Source: a virus
Lineage: Duplodnaviria > Caudoviricetes
DNA length: 64,000 nucleotides
Virus record (IMG/VR): IMGVR_UViG_3300037458_000547
Location: 1,474 to 65,473 of that record
Direction: 5' to 3' (one strand)
Shown: one piece after another, positions 15,550-25,240 of the stretch
How positions within the stretch are numbered: position 1 is the stretch's first letter
How the letters are laid out: each line of letters opens with the position of its first letter
The notes under the pieces: generated by a model
Told to the model about the DNA's origin: nothing
Databases searched by the model: none
What the model saw: the letters and a program-made list of their open reading frames with translations, nothing else
Position numbers and translations under genes: made by a program

Positions 15550-16259
15550 CCGAAGTGACCGTACCCGAGACCCCGCGCTCACAGGAGCTGATCGCGGCGG
15601 CCGAAGTGCTGCTCGACCGAGCGGGCAAGTTCCAGGTGATCCAGACTCCGGCCGAGGCGGAGCTGGCCGCGGAATACCGCGCCCGGGTAAATCAGCAGAT
15701 CAAGGACCTCGACGCCGAACGCCTCGACATGGGCGCCGGGCTGCGCGAGACGCTGCTCAAGATCAATACCCGGTTCAACGCCCCGATCGAGGCCCTCAAG
15801 GCCAAGCTGGGCATCGTCGACCTGGCGCTCAAGGGCTACATGGCTCAGCAGCGGGCGCTCGCCGAGGCCGCCGAGCGAGCCCGCCGCGAGCAGGAGGAGG
15901 CTCGCAAGCGGGAGGAGGCTCGTCGCCTGGCCGAGATCGAGGCCGCCCGCAAGGCAGCCGAGGAGGCCAACCTGCCGCCGCCGGAGCCCGAGCCGCTGCC
16001 GGCGCCCATCCCCGATCCGGTCCCGGAGTTCACGACCACCCGGATCGAGGGCTCCTACGGATCCAAGGTCGGCACCCGAGAGGTGTGGAAGTACCGCATC
16101 GCGGACATCAAGAAGGTCCCCGAGCAGTTCCTGGTGCCGGTGGAAGACCGGGTGAACAAGGGGGCCCTGAACGCGCTGGCCCGGTCCATGAAGGACAAGG
16201 CCAAGGTGAAGGGCATCGAGTTCTACGCGGACGAGACGCTGCAATCGAGGGTGTCCTGA
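15546..16259 (+). CDS. Coiled-coil protein of the recombination module
   Basis: Long E/A/R-rich helix, Pro-rich linker, C-terminal W.Y.I.DIKKVP..FL motif. Confidence 0.7.
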   Translation: MTEVTVPETPRSQELIAAAEVLLDRAGKFQVIQTPAEAELAAEYRARVNQQIKDLDAERLDMGAGLRETLLKINTRFNAPIEALKAKLGIVDLALKGYMAQQRALAEAAERARREQEEARKREEARRLAEIEAARKAAEEANLPPPEPEPLPAPIPDPVPEFTTTRIEGSYGSKVGTREVWKYRIADIKKVPEQFLVPVEDRVNKGALNALARSMKDKAKVKGIEFYADETLQSRVS

Positions 16260-16528
16260 TGTTCAGGCGAGACAAGGGGACGATGTGGCCCCAGCCCGAG
16301 AACGTCATCAGCGGGAAGACGCTGATGGACATCATCAAGAACCGGATCGAGGACCCGTTCGTGGAGATGGACGGGCGGACTTATGTCCGGTTCGATCGAA
16401 TCACGGCCACCGGCCGCTTTGCGGTGGTCGGGCTCCGCGGCATCGACCTGTTCTCTGTCCCGATCGACGGCTCGATGCAGGAGACCCTGGTGCTGGAGAT
16501 TCGCGGGCTGGTCGAGGTGACCCCATGA
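16259..16528 (+). CDS. Hypothetical protein
   Basis: TGATG overlap with the upstream gene. Confidence 0.6.
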   Translation: MFRRDKGTMWPQPENVISGKTLMDIIKNRIEDPFVEMDGRTYVRFDRITATGRFAVVGLRGIDLFSVPIDGSMQETLVLEIRGLVEVTP

Positions 16529-17217
16529 GCGACGGCATCATTGCGTTCCACGAGCTGGTCACCGTCAGGTCCTGGACGGACTCGAGTACCCGCGGGCCCT
16601 CGATCAAGGTCGGGCTGTCCTCCCGGGACTCGCTGGCCGCCTTCGAGAAGATCACCCGGCGGGCCGGGAAGCGGGCCGGGCAGCGATTCGCCTCGGTCTG
16701 GCAGATGGACCCGCCGGACGGCGAGGAGGCCCGCAGCATCGACCTGTGGTTCGCCGGCGCCAACTGGGCCCACCAGGACGGCGCCTCGGTGAAATTCTCG
16801 CTGACCGACGAGGGGCTCGACTGGTTCAGGACCGGGCTCCTGCCGATGGAGGCCGACGACAAGCCGGTCCCTTACTGGCTGACGCTGGTGCAGATCGACG
16901 AGGACGAGAAGCCGATCGACCAGGGGAAGGCCGAGCGCCTCGAGGAGGGGCTCAAGGGCGGCCCCAAGAGCAAGCGCGTGGCCATGCTCTGCCAGCAGAA
17001 GGACTTTCAGGCGTATGTCTCGTACCGCACCAACCTGCGCTGCGAGACCATGGAGGATGCGGACGCCTGGGTGAAGGCGCAGACCGGCGTGGCGTCGAAG
17101 CGCGACTTCGACCACAATCCGGACGCCTGGAGCATGTTCGAGGCTCGCGTGATGAGCCCGTTCATCCGCTGGGGAGAGGGGTCGAAGTGGCGTGACGAAG
17201 ACGATGACGATTCGTGA
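16525..17217 (+). CDS. Hypothetical phage protein
   Basis: ATGA overlap; C-terminal GVASKRDFDHN...PFIRW motif. Confidence 0.7.
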   Translation: MSDGIIAFHELVTVRSWTDSSTRGPSIKVGLSSRDSLAAFEKITRRAGKRAGQRFASVWQMDPPDGEEARSIDLWFAGANWAHQDGASVKFSLTDEGLDWFRTGLLPMEADDKPVPYWLTLVQIDEDEKPIDQGKAERLEEGLKGGPKSKRVAMLCQQKDFQAYVSYRTNLRCETMEDADAWVKAQTGVASKRDFDHNPDAWSMFEARVMSPFIRWGEGSKWRDEDDDDS

Positions 17218-17530
17218 ACACTGGGACCGGGTGGCCGACCTGGGTTGCATCCTGTCGGGCGCACAGTCGCCGACGCTGCACCACTGTCACGGCGGGAGCC
17301 TGCGAGAGATCGGTATTCACAAGGGCCTGGGGCAGAAGACCTCGGACTTCCTGGTGATTCCCCTGGCGCCCCGGTTCCATACCGGGGAATATGGGATCGA
17401 CGTGATCCCGGTCTGGGAGTGGGAACACCGCTTCGGCCGGCAGGTCGATCATTTGGACGAGCTGTGTCAGTCGCTGGGCTACAACGTCTGGGAGCTGGCC
17501 GGAGTGAAAAGGAGGGTCGAAGGATGCTGA
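17192..17530 (+). CDS. Ref/DUF968-like HNH-type nuclease
   Basis: VADLGCI...LHH...GLGQKTSDFLVIPLAPRFH. Start could be ATG 17204. Confidence 0.75.
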   Translation: MTKTMTIREHWDRVADLGCILSGAQSPTLHHCHGGSLREIGIHKGLGQKTSDFLVIPLAPRFHTGEYGIDVIPVWEWEHRFGRQVDHLDELCQSLGYNVWELAGVKRRVEGC

Positions 17531-17712
17531 TGCTAGCGCGAAAGGAAGGCGAGGCGATCATGGTCGGGGACGAGATCCGTATCGTGATCGTCAGCGTGGA
17601 GGGCCGGAACATCAAGGTGGGCGTCGAGGCCCCCAGGGACATTCCGGTCCATCGTGAGGAGGTCTACCGGCGGATTCGCAGCAATGGAAGTGGGACTCGA
17701 GCAGCTGATTGA
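17524..17712 (+). CDS. csrA: Carbon storage regulator CsrA/RsmA-family RNA-binding protein
   Basis: MLMLARKEGEAIMVGDEIRIVIVSVEGRNIKVGVEAPRDIPVHREEVYRRI follows the CsrA pattern throughout. Confidence 0.95.
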   Translation: MLMLARKEGEAIMVGDEIRIVIVSVEGRNIKVGVEAPRDIPVHREEVYRRIRSNGSGTRAAD

Positions 17713-18481
17713 CGCGGCCGCGACCCACGAGGACACGGGGCGCGTCGCGGGGCAGCCGAGGGTGGACAATCCCGCGCTGAGGCGCAAGTCGGTGCCTCCG
17801 GAGCCCGGCGAGCCGGAACTGCTGGGAGAGTCAGCGCCGGTCATGGCCGGCGGGCTGCGCCGTCGCCTCCTACAGCGGGAGAATGCCAGGCAGAGGCGCC
17901 TGCACTTCGCTCGCGTGCTGGTTGCAACCGGCTGGGACGCTGAGAAGGCGCTGCTGGATTCCGGCTATTCGGGTCGGGCAGGCAGCAGGAACATCAGCGA
18001 AGCATGCAGCGTCATGCTGAAGCACCCGGACGTGATCTCCGAGGTCGAGCGTCTGCGCCTGGTCCTCGAGCAGCAGGCGGACGTGGCCACGATCGACCTG
18101 GCCAAGGAGTGGGTCTCGATCGCCTCCTCGGACATCTTCGACTACTTCGACGAGGTCGATGACGGAGATGGCGTCAGGCTGGCCCTGAAGCCCAAGGCCG
18201 AGATCAGCAAGGCGGCCCGCCGCTCGGTGAAGGCCGTCAAGATCCGGCGCAACAAGCGCACCACCAAGGACGGCGATCAGATCGAGACCGAGGACATCGA
18301 GGTGCAGCTCTGGGACAAGCATTCGGCCCTCGACTCCCTGGCGAAGATCCAGGGGCTGTACCAGGACAAGAAGGCGGACGCCATCAATAACCTGGCCTCG
18401 AAGATCGCCGAGCGGACCGAGAAGGCTCGCCGGCGCATGGGGCGGACGTTCGACGCCGGGGCCCTCGAGGGGCCGGGTTGA
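17684..18481 (+). CDS. terS: Terminase small subunit
   Basis: AEKALLDSGYS HTH; ASSDIFDYF; EVQLWDKHSALDSLAKIQGLY; lies upstream of TerL. Confidence 0.8.
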   Translation: MEVGLEQLIDAAATHEDTGRVAGQPRVDNPALRRKSVPPEPGEPELLGESAPVMAGGLRRRLLQRENARQRRLHFARVLVATGWDAEKALLDSGYSGRAGSRNISEACSVMLKHPDVISEVERLRLVLEQQADVATIDLAKEWVSIASSDIFDYFDEVDDGDGVRLALKPKAEISKAARRSVKAVKIRRNKRTTKDGDQIETEDIEVQLWDKHSALDSLAKIQGLYQDKKADAINNLASKIAERTEKARRRMGRTFDAGALEGPG

Positions 18482-18495
18482 CCGCTGTGCGGGTA
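18479..18495. promoter_or_regulatory. Operator-like site before the TerL unit
   Basis: TGACCGC-TGT-GCGGGTA; 15 bp (CCGCTGTGCGGGTAG) identical to the 31144-31158 site; overlaps TTGACC. Confidence 0.5.
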
Positions 18496-18535
18496 GCAGA
18501 CAGAATATGACCGGCACAGCAGGTAGGGTTCAGTC

Positions 18536-18742
18536 ATGCACCGGCCGATCGTCATCGCTGGTAGCCTGGCTCAGTTCGCAGACTGGTGCCGGGTCCACCA
18601 GACCAACCCCATCGCCGCGATCTACGTTCGCAGCGAGGCTGAGCTGCGTTCGGCCCTCTGCAAGACCCGGGACGTGTTCCTGTGGGGCGACTACGACCAG
18701 ACCCCGGCGTACCGTGCGTGGCGGCTGAAGCAGGCCGCCTGA
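18536..18742 (+). CDS. Hypothetical protein
   Basis: 68-aa ORF between terS and terL. Confidence 0.55.
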   Translation: MHRPIVIAGSLAQFADWCRVHQTNPIAAIYVRSEAELRSALCKTRDVFLWGDYDQTPAYRAWRLKQAA

Positions 18743-20199
18743 AGGACGACGAGGACCTGCTAGGGGAACTGGTGGCCCGCTGCTATGCGGACCCCGAGCT
18801 GTTCGTCCACACGATGTACCCCTGGGGCGAGCCCGGGACCTTCCTGGCCAACGAAACGGGCCCGGACGAGTGGCAGACCGCCGCTCTCCGGGCCCTGGGC
18901 GAGGAGGTCCGCGAGCAGGAGAACCTCGAGGAGTTGATGAGGCGGGCGATCCGCTTCGCGGTCGCCTCCGGCCACGGTGTCGGCAAGACGGCGTTCGTGG
19001 CGTGGATCATCCAGTGGTTCATCTCCACCCGGCCGTTCCCACAGATCGTGGTGACGGCGAACACCCGCACCCAGCTCACCACCAAGACCTGGCGCGAGCT
19101 GGCCAAGTGGCACTCGGTCTCCCTGAACAGCCACTGGTTCGAGTGGAGCGCGACCCAGTTCAAGCTGGTCGCCCGGCCGGACCTGTGGTTTGCCACGGCT
19201 GTCCCCTGGTCGGTCTCCAATGCCCAGGCATTCGCCGGCACGCACGAGGCCCACGTCCTGATGGTGTTCGACGAGGCGTCGAACATCGAGGACATCATCT
19301 GGGAGACGGCCGAGGGCGCCATGACCACCCCGGGGTCGATGTGGCTGTGCCTCGGCAACCCGGTGAAGAACACGGGCCGCTTCCGGGAGTGCTGGACCCG
19401 GTTCCGGGATCGCTGGACCACCTTCCAGGTGGACGCCCGCAAGGCCAAGAAGGCCAACCAGATCGAGATCCGGCAGTGGATCGAGGACTACGGCCTCGAG
19501 TCGGACTTCGTGAAGACCCGCATCCTGGGCGAGTTCCCGTCCTCCTCGCCCCTGCAGATGATCCCGGTGGACCTGGTGGACGAGGCAGTGGCTCGCGAGG
19601 TGAAGTGGGAGAACATCCCGGTCACCACCCCGAAGCTGATGGGAGTCGACGTGGCCCGCTCGGGCTCGGCCCAGTCGGTCATCCTGTTCCGCCAGGGCCC
19701 GAAGCTGCTGAAGGACATCTACGCCTATCGCATCCCGGACCTGATGCTGCTGGCGGCCCAGGTGGCGAAGAAGATCAACGACTACAAGCCCGACGTGGTG
19801 TTCATCGACGCGACCGGCATGGGCGTCGGGGTCTACGATCGCCTGGTTCAGCTCGGCTTCGATAACGTGGTGGCCATCTACACCGGCGACCGCAAGGAAG
19901 TGCTGGAGAAGCGGGTGTACTACAACCCCCGCATCGAGAGCTGGGCGCGGCTCAAGACGTGGCTGCGCACAGCCGACATCCCCGACCACCGTCCACTGCG
20001 CGAGGACCTCATCGGGCCCGAGTATTTCTTCGATCAGGCACAGCTCATGCGGCTCGAGTCGAAGGAGGACATGGCGGCCCGCGGCATCCCCTCGCCGGAC
20101 TTCGCGGATGCCCTGGCGCTCACCTTCTCGCAGGCCGTTCCCGTGAAGCGCGTTTACGGGCATGATGATGAATACTCGAACGAGCCCGAGGTCGTGTGA
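18682..20199 (+). CDS. terL: Terminase large subunit
   Basis: ASGHGVGKT Walker A; VFDEAS Walker B; GVDVAR, IDATGMG and SPDFADALALTF nuclease motifs. Exact start uncertain. Confidence 0.95.
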   Translation: MGRLRPDPGVPCVAAEAGRLKDDEDLLGELVARCYADPELFVHTMYPWGEPGTFLANETGPDEWQTAALRALGEEVREQENLEELMRRAIRFAVASGHGVGKTAFVAWIIQWFISTRPFPQIVVTANTRTQLTTKTWRELAKWHSVSLNSHWFEWSATQFKLVARPDLWFATAVPWSVSNAQAFAGTHEAHVLMVFDEASNIEDIIWETAEGAMTTPGSMWLCLGNPVKNTGRFRECWTRFRDRWTTFQVDARKAKKANQIEIRQWIEDYGLESDFVKTRILGEFPSSSPLQMIPVDLVDEAVAREVKWENIPVTTPKLMGVDVARSGSAQSVILFRQGPKLLKDIYAYRIPDLMLLAAQVAKKINDYKPDVVFIDATGMGVGVYDRLVQLGFDNVVAIYTGDRKEVLEKRVYYNPRIESWARLKTWLRTADIPDHRPLREDLIGPEYFFDQAQLMRLESKEDMAARGIPSPDFADALALTFSQAVPVKRVYGHDDEYSNEPEVV

Positions 20200-20525
20200 T
20201 GGATCGGTACGGTGTCCTGGCGCAGGCCGCCCCAGTCGCCACGGTGACGGTCAACCTGTACTGGGTTCCGCGAGGCCAGAAGGTCGAGAACGCCCGCATC
20301 ATCTCCTGCAACCGCAGTGCCGTGCCGGCCGCGGTCCGGATCGCCGTCGCACCGGAGGGCGCCGCCGACTCGCTCGAGCAGTTCATTGCCTATGACAAGG
20401 AGGTCCCATCGTTGGATACTGTGGCCTCCGTTGAGATGGTCCTGGGGGAGCGGAGTGTCGTGAGGGTGACATCGGACACGGGTGACGTTTCGTTCACGCT
20501 TTTCGGGAAAGAACAGACCCTGTGA
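20196..20525 (+). CDS. Small beta-rich putative virion protein
   Basis: Coupled to terL; alternating hydrophobic strands. Confidence 0.6.
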   Translation: MMDRYGVLAQAAPVATVTVNLYWVPRGQKVENARIISCNRSAVPAAVRIAVAPEGAADSLEQFIAYDKEVPSLDTVASVEMVLGERSVVRVTSDTGDVSFTLFGKEQTL

Positions 20526-20536
20526 GGAGTTAAGCA

Positions 20537-20947
20537 ATGGCGATCAAGATGTCATCGACGGTGCGTGATGCCCGCCTGGACGCGATCGAGACGGCGATCG
20601 GCGCGACCGCAGTTCTCAAGATCCGCACGGGCGCCCCGCCCACCAACATCTCGGATGCGGACTCGGGCACGGTGCTGGCCACGCTGACGCTGCCCTCAGA
20701 CTGGATGGCGGCGGCCTCCGGCGGCTCGAAGGCCAAGGCCGGGACCTGGGAAGATGCCTCAGCGGATGCCGCGGGGACCGCGGGCCACTTCCGCATCTAC
20801 GCCTCCAACGGCACCACCCAGCACATGCAGGGCACCATCACCAGTGTCGCCGTCGGCACGGGCGACATGCTGCTCGACAACGACGTGCTGGCCTCCGGGC
20901 AGACCGTGACGGTCACGAGCTTCACGCTCACGGACGGCAATGCATAA
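20537..20947 (+). CDS. Putative virion structural protein, paralog A
   Basis: RDARLDAI...FRIY.S.GTT...VGTGD...TDGNA; paralog of 35832-36236. Confidence 0.75.
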   Translation: MAIKMSSTVRDARLDAIETAIGATAVLKIRTGAPPTNISDADSGTVLATLTLPSDWMAAASGGSKAKAGTWEDASADAAGTAGHFRIYASNGTTQHMQGTITSVAVGTGDMLLDNDVLASGQTVTVTSFTLTDGNA

Positions 20948-20973
20948 GTAACCGGTAACGGGCGGCGGCTGCC

Positions 20974-23076
20974 GTGGCCATCAACATCCGCGAGGGTCGC
21001 TGGGGCGTCAGCCGCATCGTGCAGGAGGCGGATGGCGGCTACGCCGTCGCCGCGATGCTGCAGACCCCGCGGCTCGCGGATCAGGTCAGCGCCTACTACC
21101 CGCCCCTACAGGACGGCGTCTACCCAGTCGGGTGGGCGCTGGTTCACCTCGTCGGCAACATCGGCACGCCCGACGCAGACACGCGGCTGCTGCCTGATCG
21201 TCTGACGACGGCGACGGTCGGGGACCTCACGCAGCAGCAGCGGAACACGCTGCGCAACGTCCTCGAGCAAGCCCTCTCCGCCTACAGCTACGTTGACCGC
21301 TACGGCGCCACGATCAACAAGGCGGCGTTTCAGGCGGCGGGCTACTCGCTCTCGACGCCGATCTTCCGGATTCTCCGCGACGTGTACGAGTACCTCGGAC
21401 ACAGCGAGACGCGGCCCGTGCAGGCGGTGCCAGAGTCGCACAACACCGAGTACCTCGACAACTTCTCGACGGACCCGTCGAGCCGGTGGACGGCGGACAG
21501 CGCAACGCTGACGTGGGACAGCGGAAATAGCGAACTCGACAGCTTCCTCACCAGCAACACGCTCTGGCGCTACACCGCAAACGACCCGGGCTCCATCGAG
21601 CATGAGGCGCAGGTTACGCTGCAAAGCCAAGGCACCGCGGGATCTTCAAATCGCACGCCCGGCCCGCTGGTGCGTGGCTCCGCGACGAGCAACGGCTACC
21701 AGATCCACGATAACGGCGACGACGTAATCCCGCTCGCCCGCTGGAATAGCGGGACGCGCACCGCGCTCGCCGCCATCACGGGAAACACCGCCCGTAACCC
21801 CGGAGATTTCCAGACGTTGCGCCTCGCCGCTTCCGGCGCGGCCGGCTCCGCGGTCGTTCTGTCCTATTGGCAGACAGTTCACGGTGCGACCAAGCCGAGC
21901 GATCCAGGGTGGATTGGAGTCGATGAGACACCGGGGTTTACGACGTACTCCGACACCGACGCAACTAACCGGCACGACGATTCTGACGATATTTACTGCG
22001 GAATCGGAGGTAGGTCTGCCGCCTCTGATTCCGACCCGCGCCTGAGCTTCTGGAAGTCGCGGGCGATCAGTGACCGAGGCGGCGGCTCGATCTCGGCCTC
22101 GCTCAGCAAGACGCTGGACACGATCGGGCTCAGCACCTCGATCGAGACGCCGGCCCAGGCCAGCCTGGCGCGGACCCTGGACGGGATCGGGCTCAGCACC
22201 TCGATCGAGACGCCGGCCGTCGCCTCGCTCAGCCGGACCCTGGACGGGATCGGGCTCAGCGCCCAGGGCTCGGTGGGCACGGTCATCAGCGAGGCCACGC
22301 TCAGCCGCACGCTGGACTCCGTCTCGCTCACCACCTCAGTCGAGACACCCGCCAGGGCGACGCTCGCCGGGACGCTGGGCAGCGTTGGACTCACCACCTC
22401 AGTCGAGACCCCGGCTCGAGCCGCCCTGGGCGCCACCCTGGGCGGAGTCACCCTCTCAGCCACGGGCTCCATCGGTCAGCTCGTCAGCGAAGCCTCGCTC
22501 AGTCAGACGCTGGCCTCGATCTCGCTGACGGCGGCCGCGGACACGCCGGCAAAGGGGTCGCTCACCTCCTCGCTGTCGAGCGTCAGTCTGGCGGCCGCGG
22601 TCGACACGCCCGCGAAGGCGACGCTCGCCAGGACGCTCGATGGGGTTGGGCTTGCCGCCACGGGCGTTGTCGGTGGGGTCTCGGAGGCCACGCTCGCCGC
22701 CACGCTGGCCGGCTTGACCCTGGCGGCCGCCGTCGATACGCCCGCTCGGGCATCACTGGCGAGAACACTCGACGGCATCGGGCTGAGCGCGGCCGGAGAG
22801 GTCACCGGTCTGGCGGACATTCAGGCGTCGCTGGCGAAGACGCTGGATGCCGCGACACTGGTCTCTGCCGGCACGATCCGGGTCGCGGCGACGCTGGCCC
22901 GCAGCCTGGACTCCATCGGGCTCAGCGCGACGGCGACGCTCGGAGGGGCAATCGCCAGCGCCGCGATCACGCTGGAGGACGCGAGCCTGTTCGGCCGCGG
23001 CAAGGTCTATGCGGCCGGGACGCCCGGGGTTTCCGGGACGGTCGGCCGCATCCACATGACCGCCTTCATGAGTTGA
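20974..23076 (+). CDS. Fibre/adhesin-like protein: lectin-like beta domain plus Ala/Ser/Thr tandem repeats
   Basis: N-terminal W/G/S/T-rich beta domain; C-terminal repeats of about 20 aa (ASL.RTLDGIGLS..ETP). Confidence 0.65.
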   Translation: MAINIREGRWGVSRIVQEADGGYAVAAMLQTPRLADQVSAYYPPLQDGVYPVGWALVHLVGNIGTPDADTRLLPDRLTTATVGDLTQQQRNTLRNVLEQALSAYSYVDRYGATINKAAFQAAGYSLSTPIFRILRDVYEYLGHSETRPVQAVPESHNTEYLDNFSTDPSSRWTADSATLTWDSGNSELDSFLTSNTLWRYTANDPGSIEHEAQVTLQSQGTAGSSNRTPGPLVRGSATSNGYQIHDNGDDVIPLARWNSGTRTALAAITGNTARNPGDFQTLRLAASGAAGSAVVLSYWQTVHGATKPSDPGWIGVDETPGFTTYSDTDATNRHDDSDDIYCGIGGRSAASDSDPRLSFWKSRAISDRGGGSISASLSKTLDTIGLSTSIETPAQASLARTLDGIGLSTSIETPAVASLSRTLDGIGLSAQGSVGTVISEATLSRTLDSVSLTTSVETPARATLAGTLGSVGLTTSVETPARAALGATLGGVTLSATGSIGQLVSEASLSQTLASISLTAAADTPAKGSLTSSLSSVSLAAAVDTPAKATLARTLDGVGLAATGVVGGVSEATLAATLAGLTLAAAVDTPARASLARTLDGIGLSAAGEVTGLADIQASLAKTLDAATLVSAGTIRVAATLARSLDSIGLSATATLGGAIASAAITLEDASLFGRGKVYAAGTPGVSGTVGRIHMTAFMS
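22080..22960 (+). repeat. Coding tandem repeats (ASLSRTLDGIGLS/TSIETPA units)
   Basis: Recurrent GACGGGATCGGGCTCAGC and ACCTCGATCGAGACGCCGGC strings, in frame. Confidence 0.85.
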
Positions 23077-23130
23077 CCGGTACGCGCAGGGCGCGTAGAC
23101 TGTAACCGTCACCAGCTCATCAACGGAGGG
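23073..23130 (+). promoter_or_regulatory. Early promoter, perfect operator palindrome and leader
   Basis: TTGACC-17-TAGACT; TACGCGC-AGG-GCGCGTA at 23081-23097; CAACGGAGGG at 23121. Confidence 0.85.
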
Positions 23131-23136
23131 ACCATC

Positions 23137-23541
23137 ATGCAGCTCAACGTCACACTCGAGATTCCCGAGACCCATCTGTGCGACCTGCTCACCACCGCAT
23201 GGGAGGGCGGCTCGGACCACTGGACGCCGGCCTACGACGCGAGGTCGGTGCGCCGCAAAGAGCCCGTCGAGGGCGAGATCCTGCGCGAGCTGGACGTGAT
23301 CCGGATCGTCTACCAGACGCCGGACGGGAACGACGAGTTCAACGAGCCCGTGCAGACGAACGAGGTCGGCCCGGAGCAGATTGCGGCCGCCATCGGCGCC
23401 GTCATGAATGGCGCGGTCGAGGTCGGGGACCATATCCGCAAGGACATCGAGAACAACATCAACGAGGTCGGCGCCTGCGACGCGGACACCGCGGACGTGC
23501 TGCTGCAGGTCGCCACCTTCGGCAGCATCATCTATGGTTAG
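23137..23541 (+). CDS. Hypothetical acidic protein
   Basis: First gene after a promoter cassette. Confidence 0.75.
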   Translation: MQLNVTLEIPETHLCDLLTTAWEGGSDHWTPAYDARSVRRKEPVEGEILRELDVIRIVYQTPDGNDEFNEPVQTNEVGPEQIAAAIGAVMNGAVEVGDHIRKDIENNINEVGACDADTADVLLQVATFGSIIYG

Positions 23542-23872
23542 TCGGCGCCAGGTGCTGATGGGGGCCCTGCTCCTTCCTGCGGCTCGATTCCTCGGGCCCT
23601 GTCCATCGAGTCCTCCGGTATGGGCGGCCGGGCTCGACACCGGAGAGGTGAAGCTGTGGGGTCAGCTCCTCGTCGGAAATGAGCCGTGGGGCTCGCCTTT
23701 TGCGCTCGTCGCGGAGCCGGCGACCGAGGGCAGGATCGCGATCAGTTGTCCGGAGAGGATCGAGCTGGAGGCCGCTCCCTGCGGCGGAATGCTCGCCATC
23801 GAGGTGCATGGGGCGCACGGGTTCATCGGGAGGTTCCCCGTCGCGAACCACATCGTCGAGGCGAGCGTCTAG
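23534..23872 (+). CDS. Hypothetical protein with a twin-arginine-like N-terminus
   Basis: MVSRRQVLMGALLLPAA. Confidence 0.5.
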   Translation: MVSRRQVLMGALLLPAARFLGPCPSSPPVWAAGLDTGEVKLWGQLLVGNEPWGSPFALVAEPATEGRIAISCPERIELEAAPCGGMLAIEVHGAHGFIGRFPVANHIVEASV

Positions 23873-23877
23873 TGGTC

Positions 23878-24063
23878 ATGCGGGTCTTTGTGACGCGCCT
23901 GTTCCACTGCCCGGAGTGCGACTCAATCTACGATCTCCCGGTGCCAGAGGGCGACCAGCAGGACGTACACCGGATTTGCAGTCGCTGCTGGCGCCGGTTC
24001 TACGCTGAGTCGGATCGCGACAGCCCCTCTGGGCCTGTTGACGAGTACCCGCTCAGCGAGTAG
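23878..24063 (+). CDS. Small Zn-ribbon protein
   Basis: CPEC...CSRC. Confidence 0.55.
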   Translation: MRVFVTRLFHCPECDSIYDLPVPEGDQQDVHRICSRCWRRFYAESDRDSPSGPVDEYPLSE

Positions 24064-24091
24064 ACTGTAACCGTCACCAAACAATGGAGGG
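24038..24091 (+). promoter_or_regulatory. Early promoter, operator and leader
   Basis: TTGACG-17-TAGACT; TACCCGC-TCA-GCGAGTA at 24046-24062; TAGACTGTAACCGTCACCA identical to the 23096 cassette. Confidence 0.85.
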
Positions 24092-24099
24092 AATGCAAG

Positions 24100-24480
24100 G
24101 TGTACGTCTCCAAAGATGAACGCGAGTTCGAGCTTCAGGTGTTCGACGGCAAGGAATACCGGGCGATCTCCGTGGGCCGGCGGGACGATCTCGAACAAAG
24201 TCTCTACGCGATGGTCGGCAAGGTCCGGCGCCTCGTGGTGCCCGGTAAGCACCCGGCCCGGCCGAAATACCGCAGGCCGGCCCGCTACACCGGCCCGGGG
24301 GCGAGCAAGGACGCTGCGATCCTCGGTTACCTCCAGTGGGCGAAGGCCGCCGGACTGACGCAGGTCCACGCCTACGAGGGGCAGCAACTCCCGGACTTCG
24401 GCATTCAGTACCGGCGCGTGCAGGTCGGCGACTTCCTCGGCCCGGTGACGGAGGACGCGCCCGAGGTCGCCGAGGCATGA
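24100..24480 (+). CDS. Hypothetical protein
   Basis: GTG start after CAATGGAGGG. Confidence 0.65.
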   Translation: MYVSKDEREFELQVFDGKEYRAISVGRRDDLEQSLYAMVGKVRRLVVPGKHPARPKYRRPARYTGPGASKDAAILGYLQWAKAAGLTQVHAYEGQQLPDFGIQYRRVQVGDFLGPVTEDAPEVAEA

Positions 24481-24632
24481 GGACAGCCAAGCTCCCCTGT
24501 GGATGCGTCCACGAACTCGAGCGCGAGAGGTGGGCGCATCTGTGCCCTGCTCACCAGCAGGAATTCACCGAGACCCACCAGAGGTGGGCTGAAGAACACA
24601 AGGAGGCCCGACGTGAGAACCACCGTCAGTGA
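24477..24632 (+). CDS. Small Cys/His protein
   Basis: PCGC...LCPAH; ATGA coupling. Confidence 0.55.
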   Translation: MRTAKLPCGCVHELERERWAHLCPAHQQEFTETHQRWAEEHKEARRENHRQ

Positions 24633-24930
24633 GCTGAAGCTGAAGCTGTGTCACCGGACGCTGGCCAATGACACCTTCGAGACCTGCGAGGGCCCGAGGT
24701 GCATGGCATGGAGGTGGGGCCGGATGCCCGAGAACCGCCGCATGAGCAACTACAGTCAGCGGCGGGCGACCACTGAGCCCGAGCGCCCGGCCTACGTCCC
24801 GGCGTCGTTCATCTTTGTGCCCTTCGACGAGGTGGACGGCACGCACGCGCACTGGCTGGAAACCGACGAGGAGGCGGAGGCGCGGCGCACCGGCTACTGC
24901 GGCCTCGCTGGAGTGCCTGAGCATGCCTGA
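24613..24930 (+). CDS. Hypothetical Cys-containing protein
   Basis: SD AGGAGG; CEGPRCMAWRW...GYCGLAG. Confidence 0.6.
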   Translation: MRTTVSELKLKLCHRTLANDTFETCEGPRCMAWRWGRMPENRRMSNYSQRRATTEPERPAYVPASFIFVPFDEVDGTHAHWLETDEEAEARRTGYCGLAGVPEHA

Positions 24931-25231
24931 TCTCACCACCGAAACTCGACGCATCTGCAAGGGCAACACCTTCTGGCAGAAACGAGTCGCCGGCTCGCAG
25001 GGCGACACCTACACGGTCCTGTGGGGGCCGACTCCAGGTGGACCGTACCAGTACGGCTGGCACTGCGACTGCAAGGGATTCCAGTTCCGTCAGTCCTGCA
25101 AGCACGTTGCCGCTGCTGAGCTGGAACGCTGCACCGCGGGCGAGGACGCCTTCGCCGGCGGCCCGGGGCTCGACTCCGAGACCTGCCCGAAGTGCGGCGG
25201 CGAGACCACCATCATCCAAATCACCACCTGA
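24923..25231 (+). CDS. SWIM zinc-finger protein
   Basis: YTV...WHCDCKGFQFRQSCKHV plus C-terminal CPKCGG. Confidence 0.8.
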   Translation: MPDLTTETRRICKGNTFWQKRVAGSQGDTYTVLWGPTPGGPYQYGWHCDCKGFQFRQSCKHVAAAELERCTAGEDAFAGGPGLDSETCPKCGGETTIIQITT

Positions 25232-25240
25232 GGAGGGGTC

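Noticed and set aside
22080-22960. Possible CRISPR array or DGR template in the repeats
   Set aside because: The repeats are degenerate in-frame coding units, and no cas or reverse transcriptase gene is visible.
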